Of a DNA stretch of 40,000 nt, positions 32,436 to 40,000 are shown one piece after another. Where the stretch lies: positions 23,084 to 63,083 of the forward strand of contig CALREY010000006.1 in the NCBI GenBank assembly GCA_943356435.1, in the 5' to 3' direction. The stretch's first letter is position 1. Each line of letters starts with the position of its first letter. Under the pieces are notes generated by a model. The model made no database searches and was not told the DNA's origin. It worked only from the letters and a program-made list of their open reading frames with translations. Position numbers and translations under genes: made by a program. The stretch is from Candidatus Altimarinota bacterium. Its GTDB lineage: Bacteria > Patescibacteriota > Gracilibacteria > BD1-5 > UBA6164.

Positions 32436-33890
32436 TTATAAATCTAAGTATTGATCAATTCTAATTTGCCATACAAATTCATCCACATGCGAAACTAATA
32501 TCATACCTCATTCAAACTCATCTAATGCTTTTGCTATAACTGGTATATGTCTGAAATTGATATGATTTGTTGGTTCATCTAATATTAGTACACCTGGTTT
32601 TAAAAATACCAATCTACAAAATGCTACCAATCATTTTTGTCATTCTGATAAATCTCAGATTCTAGTTTTCATTATTTCTCAAGTAATTAGAAATCATGCA
32701 GCTGTAGATCTAAGCTCTTGTTCTCATATATCATCAGTGCAAGCATCTCTCAAACAATCATAAACTGTTTGATTGAAATCTAGATTTGAAAAGTCTTGTC
32801 TATAATACCCTATTTTTACTCAAGGTGTTAATGTACATCATGATTCATCTTCATTTACTATTTTTTCTAATAGTGTAGATTTTCAAATACCGTTTGGACC
32901 AGATAACAACAAATGATCATCTTTTCTGATTTTTATTTCTATATCTCTTTCTTCTACTTCATCATGATTCATTATATGAACTGAATGCAATTCTAATAAT
33001 ACTCAACCTATATTTTCTTGTAGTGGAATAGTGAATTCTCTAATTGTTTTATCATCTTTTCTAGTATCTACCATTTCATCCTCCATTTCTTCTGCTGCTT
33101 CTCTCATCTTTTTTGCTACTTGTCTCAATTTTCATCATTTATGAGCAAATACATTTGCTTGTTCTTTTTTTGCTTGTGCTTCTTTTTTTAGTCTAGCATT
33201 AGCCATATTTTCTTTTTCCTTATTTCTCGCAATTTGTTCTACTACATCGTGATAATCTCACACGAATTGTTCTACTTTTTTTGTATGAACATCCAAGTAT
33301 AATACTCAATCAGTAAAACTATTCAAAAACTCTGCATCATGTGAAATAACGAGTACTGTATTAACATAATTTTGTAAAAAATCAGTTAAATGCCATATAC
33401 CATCTTTGTCCAAATTATTAGTTGGCTCATCCAGAAGTAAAATATCAGGATTTTGAATCAATGCTGCAGCTAATAACAATCTAGCTTGTTGACCTCATGA
33501 AAAAGCAGATATTTTTTTATCTAGCTTTGTTTTTAGATTTACTACTTCTAGTATCTCAAATATTTGTTTATCAATATTAAAAACACTATCATCTTGGTAA
33601 TATTTTCTAAAAAATTCTTGTACTGTTAATTCTTTATCTTCAGCTTGTACTACTTGATAACCAGTAGCTATAGTCAATTTTTTGTCTATATTGATTACTC
33701 ATCATTTTTTTTCTAATTCACCATTTATCAATTTAAAAATTGTAGACTTACCTGCACCATTTTGTCACATAATAGTTATTTTAGAACCTTTTCTTACATT
33801 AAAAGTAACTTCTTCTAATATAGGTTTTCTAAAATCATAGTGAAAATCTACTCATTTAAAACCAATAACCGTCTCATTTGAAACACTCAT
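32436..33890 (-). CDS. ABC-F family ATPase (two ABC domains, no TM domain)
   Basis: 485 codons. Walker A GQNGAGKST and GPNGIGKST, signatures LSGGQ-type (FSGGQQ, LSEGQK), Walker B LLLDEPTN and LILDEPTN. In frame with track ORF 33495..33677. Confidence 0.85.
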
Positions 33891-33985
33891 TTTTAAATCT
33901 AGTTAATAATAAAAATATTTAATTGAATAAATAACGAATGTAACTATATTTAAAAATGTCAAAAAATAAAGAAAATAAAAAAAAT

Positions 33986-34023
33986 CACCACCCCCCTACC
34001 CCCTCCTTGGTAAGGAGGGGGAG
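33986..34023 (+). repeat. GC-rich mini-element, copy D (intergenic, opposite genomic orientation)
   Basis: CACCACCCCCCTA, then the perfect stem CCCCCTCCTT/AAGGAGGGGG (33999-34008 / 34012-34021). Confidence 0.8.
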
Positions 34024-34049
34024 TAATAATGTATAATAATAATTAAAAA

Positions 34050-34826
34050 ATGAGTAAATATTACAATTCAAAATTCTATAACAAAGCAATAGAAGTAGCT
34101 AATATATTCTGAGAAATAATAGTGATAGTAAGTGATAACAAAGATAGAGAAATTATTTATACATGGTATGATGTAGAAGAAAAGAACACTGAAAGCAATT
34201 ATATAAATAAATGCTTACTCGGGTGATTTATAAAAAAAATACCAAAAAAAGTCCTCATAATATGATTTGGTTGATGAGCATTTGCTAAATATCTAGAAGA
34301 CCATATAGAAAATATAAATATAGACTGAATAGATATAGATGAAACTATGTTTGAAATAGCAAAAAATGAATTGAATGTAAAAACAAACAATTTCTACATT
34401 ATGGATGCTATAGATGCACTAGATAAAATAATTGAACAAGATAAAAAATATGATTTAATACTAATAGATGTATATTGAAGTGATTGAGAAATCCCTAATT
34501 ATTTCTGAGAAAAAAACTTTTTCGAAAAAATAAAATATGTGTTATTAGATGATGGAGTTTTATCTATAAATTTAGCTGATTATGATTTAAATAACTTAGA
34601 AAAAACTCAAAAATATAATAATATTCACAATAATTTGATAAATATTTTTTGAGAATACTACTCTCACATATTAGCAGGAATAAATGATAGATGAAATGTA
34701 TCTGGTATTTATAATCTAGATAAAAATTATAATTCTTGAGATTTTGATAATAATTATTTAGATAAAGTGAAATCTGGAGAAATAATATTTGATGAAAAAA
34801 TCATAAGAAATACAATTAGTGAATAA
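34050..34826 (+). CDS. class I SAM-dependent methyltransferase / spermidine-synthase-like protein
   Basis: 258 codons. Motifs VLIIGFGGGAFAKYL, DGIDIDE, DLILIDVYG. Confidence 0.5.
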
Positions 34827-34841
34827 TTTTTAAATAAAGTA

Positions 34842-34869
34842 TTGACATTTAATGTTTTTATTGTAATAT
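34842..34869 (+). promoter_or_regulatory. sigma70-like promoter (TTGACA-N16-TAATAT)
   Basis: TTGACA at 34842-34847 and TAATAT at 34864-34869. Confidence 0.45.
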
Positions 34870-34962
34870 ACCGAGGATTAATCTGATTTATTCATTTATA
34901 ATATCATGTATTAGTCAACAATGCATTGTTTAAACCGTAGTTATTCCCCTTAGGAGAAGTAA

Positions 34963-35382
34963 ATGTTAGTACGATTATTTGTATTTTTGATTGCTATTAT
35001 TGGAAGTGGTAATACTTTCGCATCTGTAAGTCATAGTGATGATGATTCATCTGGTCCATCATTTGGCGTTCATAGCTACAACGGTCACGATCAGGACCAA
35101 GAAGATCAAAATGGTTCTGGTCATGAATCGGATGATGAACATGGCAATCAATTTCACGTTGTATTCGACGATGAAAACGGCAGAAAAGAACATGAAGCAA
35201 AGTTGAAATTTTATGAACATAGAGATGAGCATGAACACTCACACTATCCTCAAAATGGTTCTCCTGCTCCTGTTCCTCTACCGGCTGCATTCTGGTTTAT
35301 GATGAGTGGTATACCTTTGTTATTCACTCGTCGCAAAGCAAAAATTTGATTTAGCTATTTGATAAATATGCTAGATTGATAA
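34963..35382 (+). CDS. secreted His/Asp/Glu-rich protein with PEP-CTERM/VPLPA-CTERM-like C-terminal sorting signal
   Basis: Track ORF 34963..35349 ends at a TGA. Under code 25 it runs 11 more codons to TAA at 35380-35382. Signal peptide, His-rich middle, then PVPLPAAFWFMMSGIPLLFTRRKAK. AGGAG, 6 nt, ATG. All 11 Gly are GGN. Confidence 0.6.
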
Positions 35383-35387
35383 ATATT

Positions 35388-35419
35388 GGTTTTCGCTATT
35401 ATGCGAAAACCTTTTTTTT
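35388..35419 (+). terminator. rho-independent terminator with GC-containing stem
   Basis: Stem GGTTTTCGC/GCGAAAACC followed by T8. Confidence 0.65.
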
Positions 35420-35462
35420 ACAAAAAAACAAAAAAAAATATCCAAATAAATTTGGATATTTT

Positions 35463-38400
35463 TTAATTAGTATTTGGCATCAATTTACTAATAAATCAAG
35501 GTGATTCTCTTTTTATATCTCTAGTATTTATATATCTAAAAAATGAATTTCTAAAATCATTTCAAATAAATTCAGACTCTATTGGCAATATAGAAGTAAT
35601 CAAATCTTTATCTTTACTATTATTCAAAGCTAATAATCAATCTTTTATTTTACTATTTTTAAAAATATTATATATTCATTCAAATGTTCAACTTGTAGAT
35701 TCATCTGATAATAATGAATTAATCAAGCTTAATAATTCATCTAACATATTTTTTATATTTATATGATTAATATTACTAGTATCATAAATTGTTTTTAAAT
35801 CATTATTTATTTTAGACAATATATCTTTATAAATAATTAAATCTTTTTTAAATGTATTTGGTCAATAGACTAATTGTCATCATATAAAAGTTTTCTTCAT
35901 TTTTGGATATTCATACTTTTTTCAAATAGACTTTTCAACACTTTCAATAATTCTCATCAAATAATTCTCAGCCAATCAATAAACAAACTTAGCTTCTCAT
36001 AAATTATTAATCAAAGTAATAACCTTTTCATAACTTTGCATTTTTAATTCATTATCATAGATATCTTCTATTCTTTCTCATGATGCTTGTAATATTCAAT
36101 TCAACTTTTGAATATGTAAATTGATATTATCATTTGTTAATGATGCTCCTATTATTTTTCATACTATATTTTTTCATGTTCAATCATCCATTAATAATAT
36201 CTTTTTCAAATCAGAAACTATAGTAGACAAATATATTTTTTTTACTTCTTCTGTTTGTTCATCATAAGAAATAATCAAAAATTTTATCTTTCTAACTATA
36301 TCTAAGTCATTTTCTATTCTAGCTTTATAAGGATTATAAACATAATCTAATAATGGTTTTAAATCCTCATTTTCTACTTTTCAAATTAATGGATTATCAA
36401 TATTTGCTATGTAATCTTTGAATTCCTCTGTTTCAAAATAAGAAAATGCTCTTAATAATTGTTCTCTATTAGGCCATTCTTCATCTAATCAATCATATAA
36501 ATTGTAAGGTCTCAATTGAAAATCTCAATATGATTTAATTCAAAAATAAAATTTAAATTCTTTGTCTTCTAAATTTATATCATTATTGTCATCTATACTA
36601 GGTAAATAATAGTCAAAATTTATAGTAAATTTCAGAAAATTATTATTCTCATGCATCTGTTTATACAATCTTTTGAATCAATTACTTCATACAGGGGTAT
36701 AACTCTCCATATTTATTACATTTTCCAATATATTATTATTTTGAGCTAATGGTGAAACTAAATCTATTACAAATTCATCCACAGGAGTTAATTGTAAATC
36801 TGGTGAATGAGTATCTACTGATATTTCTTCTATTATCTTGTCTATTTTTTCTAGATTTATTATCATATCTACTCATTCTGATATTTTACCATTCAAGAAA
36901 TCTTTTGGATTAATTAATTGTGTTTTATATGAATGTTTTATATATAATGCTAAAAATTTCCTTTGTTGTAATTCATTAAAACTAGAAAATAAATGTAAAT
37001 GTGGTAAAAAATCACTATTCAATTCTGCATGTAATAATATCTCATCTCTAATTCTGTTTAATACAGATCTATATGAATCACCTGGTAGAGTAGTAACTTG
37101 TACAAAACTTTTCATGACAGAAATCTCAGTTTGTGGTAGAGATTTTTGTTTTTTCTTTTCTGAAATATATGATTTAAATACTTTATTAATATTTTCTGAA
37201 GAATAATATGGAATAGGTGCATTTATATTAAAAGCTCAATCATTTAAATCATTTTCACTTTGCATATAACCAGATATTTTGAGTGCATTTATTTGCAATG
37301 CATAAAAATAATTCAAAAGAGCTTTATATTTCTTTTCATAAGCTTGATCATTTTTGTCTAGTTTATCGAAACTATCTTTTTCATATACTAATATCTTTGC
37401 TTTTATTGCACTTTCTACAGTATCTCATTTTTTCAGAGAATAAATTCATTTTGTTTCCAGATCTCAAATAATACGATTGTCATGACTTCATACTCATAAT
37501 ACTCATACAGCAGGTTCTAGATATTCAGATATAACAAATGTTCAAACTCATATCAATTCCCATAGGAATCTAGTTCTTGCATTCATATTTTTTACTTTGT
37601 CTGGATCACTAGAATTTACCATATGTAAACCATCTATCATGATTGGTCCTGATACTTCTATTTTGTCTGTCGATTGTATTTTCAACATCTCACTTGCCTC
37701 TTTTTGAAATTCTTCACTTAGATTTATTTCTTTTCAATTAACTTTTATATGAATAATTTCACTGAATTTATGTAGATTTTTTTGTACTAATTTTTTTTGC
37801 CAATCTGCTAATGCACTAGTTCAATAATCAGCTCTTTGTTGAATAAAATTAGTCAAAAAATCAAAAACTGACATATTATCATTTTTTGAAAACTCAGCAA
37901 TTTTGAAATCATTTACAAATCATACATTTGAAGCATCAAAACTAAATGAATCAATCCCTGCCAATGTAGTCTGATGAGTATTATAATGCTTATCTTTTCT
38001 ATTTCTATTATGTTCAGCTACTACTCATTTATAATGACTATATCTAAAATATAATGGTAGAATACTTCCAGGAATTCATTGTTGTTCTATATATTTAGAT
38101 AATTCTATTACTTTTGAGTCATAATTCTCTTGATTTTCGGCTGGAATTGGATTTTGGCTTCATACTAATCATGCAGAAAAATTATCCATCAAATTAAAAC
38201 TTTGTACATATCAAATATTTTTCAATGCATCTGGTAATATCCATGCATCTAGTCATTGTTTTTGAAAAAAAACTTTTTCTTTATCTGTAAGTTTATTTTT
38301 GTCTACTGCAAATGCTAAAAGAGTACGAATCAAATTCGCACAACTAACTGTTTCTTGTCTTTCTACATCAACTATATGTGGTAAATAAGGGTCAAATTCT

Positions 38401-39047
38401 TGTTTTTGAGCTTCAATGAATCATTGGAACATTTTTTCTATTCATACTCACTGTACTTCTTTTGGATAAATACTTTGAGACATACTATGAAGTAAATCTT
38501 GAGACATTCCAGTATCTATTTTTTTATTTAAATCTAAGATTCTTTTTATATCTCTTAACAAATCTAGATTTTCTATTACTATTTCTATCTTATCAGTTTT
38601 TGGAACAAATATTTCTTCTCATTTTTTGATAATTATTGTGTCTCAATTATTACGAGATTTCAATTCATTTCACAATAAAGAATTTATCAATACTAAATCA
38701 TGATATTCTTTTAATCAATATCTATTTGAAATATCTGCTATTGTATCTCATGAATTTACAGTATAACTTTGCATATTGTATTGTAAATCGTTTCTGAGAT
38801 CAGAAAATACTTCTCTTTGTTTTTTTGTAAATACTACATCGTCTCACATCTCTGCTCATTCTACAATTAATGTTTTAGCATCTGTAGCAAGTACGAAATC
38901 AGTATTACTTCATGTAAAATTAGTCGGTTGAATAATTTCTTCTACTTTTCATTTTATTATTGTAATTGGTTCCAGTTCTACTTTTGCTGAACTATTTAAA
39001 GATGAGGTCAATAATCAAATTGCTAATAATTTAGTTTTTAATTTCAT
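35463..39047 (-). CDS. large secreted protein (1194 aa) with N-terminal signal peptide and a LysM domain
   Basis: 1195 codons; in frame with track ORF 36873..37115. Signal MKLKTKLLAIGLLTSSLNSSA. LysM-like YTVNSGDTIADISNRYGL..GDTIIIKKGEEIFVP. The rest is unrecognised. Confidence 0.55.
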
Positions 39048-39155
39048 ACATGAATATATAAATAAAGTTTACATATTATGTAATATTTTTATAATTAGTC
39101 AATAGTATTTTGAAAAATATAAAAAAAAACATATAAAATATTTTATATGTTTTTT

Positions 39156-39686
39156 TTATTCAAATATTTGCGCTTCTATATCTGATACATCTATTCATTT
39201 TTCCTTTGCTAAGTTTAATTCATCACCTATTCTGTCAAAAGTGAAACCTGAAATATCTTCTCACTCACTTATATGTCTAACCATAAATTTTATTTTTGCT
39301 CTTACTAATTCATCCTGCATCAATTTCATTTTTTTTCACAAATATTCTTTATCTATTCATTTTTCTTTTAATAAATCACCATATTCTTCTTCTACTTTAC
39401 TAGTATCAAAAATATATTTATCATCATTTACTATTTGTTCTAAAATGTTATCTAAATCATTATCAAACAATATAACTCTATAATCAAGTATTTGTTTATC
39501 AAGTGATTCAACATTTACTCAATGACCTCTTGCTAAATCTATTTTTTTATTTATTTCTTCTATTTTATTTAGTGCATCTCAAGTAGTATATTCAGATAAT
39601 TTTTTCATATCTGCATATATTTCATCCATCAAAGCGATAGAATAATCAGATATTTCCTCTATGCTTATGAAATCTTTATTTTCCAT
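39156..39686 (-). CDS. hypothetical acidic protein
   Basis: 177 codons in code 25. Bidirectional A/T hairpin terminator at 39121-39160. Confidence 0.4.
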
Positions 39687-39711
39687 ATTTTTTTATTAGT
39701 GGTATTAAAAA

Positions 39712-40000
39712 CTACTGATCCAATTTACCTACTCTTGCAACACTATATTCTCAAGTCTCTGTATCTAAATTATAGATGTTAAATTCTGTATCAATATCAA
39801 ATCCTGGTGTTCTATATGCTAAATTGATACTTATTGATCAGTTTGGTGAATAATTTCTATGAAATACATGCTCATCCCATCATAAGATAGCTTGTCATTC
39901 ATATGCTAGTTCGCCATTCCATAATACTCTCTCATTTGAAATCTCAAATTTTTCTATTTTTCAGTGTTCTTTTGTATATAGTTCTACAAATCTATTTCAT
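39712..40000 (-). CDS. hypothetical protein, N-terminus beyond window end
   Basis: Frame open from the window edge to TAG (rc 39712-39714) with TGA as sense. Confidence 0.35.

Noticed and set aside
34997-35290. 97-aa minus-strand ORF overlapping the His-rich gene
   Set aside because: It is the antisense frame of a stop-poor, G+C-richer gene. The plus-strand ORF has the promoter, SD, signal peptide and sorting signal.
36838-37206. 122-aa plus-strand ORF
   Set aside because: It lies entirely inside, and antisense to, the 1195-codon LysM protein gene.
1-40000. Reading the window as pseudogene-ridden or mostly non-coding, because the supplied ORF track has only short fragments
   Set aside because: The fragmentation comes from using the standard code. 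With TGA=Gly the fragments join into full-length, motif-complete genes whose lengths are multiples of three.
1-40000. UGA=Trp (table 4, Mollicutes-like), given the very AT-rich composition
   Set aside because: TGA falls at invariant Gly positions (P-loops, DVDGFHP, GDGIND, ATGGT), and Trp positions use TGG.

Overview
AT-rich bacterial window (by eye about three-quarters A+T; not computed) that only makes sense if TGA is read as glycine (translation table 25, Gracilibacteria/Absconditabacteria-type CPR bacterium). The supplied standard-code ORF track is therefore badly fragmented. Retranslating by hand gives about 40 tightly packed genes. These include housekeeping genes (murF, folD, ssb, a MazG-apt fusion, an ABC-F ATPase, yaaA, an AGOG-type glycosylase, NUDIX, CYTH) and a tRNA-Gly(UCC)/Ile(GAU)/Pro(UGG) cluster. 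There is also a ~7 kb minus-strand copper-detoxification operon: a Cys/His-rich secreted protein, an HMA-permease-cupredoxin protein, CopA with a ~265-aa C-terminal extension, a multicopper oxidase and a membrane protein with a His-rich tail. A second multicopper-oxidase paralogue lies elsewhere. Most interesting observations: (1) a 36-38 bp GC-rich hairpin plus G-tract mini-element occurs four times, three of them in-frame inside coding sequences, including twice in one gene in two different frames. (2) Five ORFs contain no UGA at all, look G+C-richer, and carry AGGAG-N6-ATG-type Shine-Dalgarno sites that the native genes lack. They include an orphan PurM-like gene and a His-rich PEP/VPLPA-CTERM protein whose apparent TGA stop is now a sense codon. 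(3) A ~130 bp GC-rich multi-hairpin module sits inside the copper operon. (4) The tRNA-Ile 3' end is duplicated, like an att scar. All coordinates and translations were derived by hand and may be off by a few bases. Family assignments rest on motifs I recognise, not on searches.
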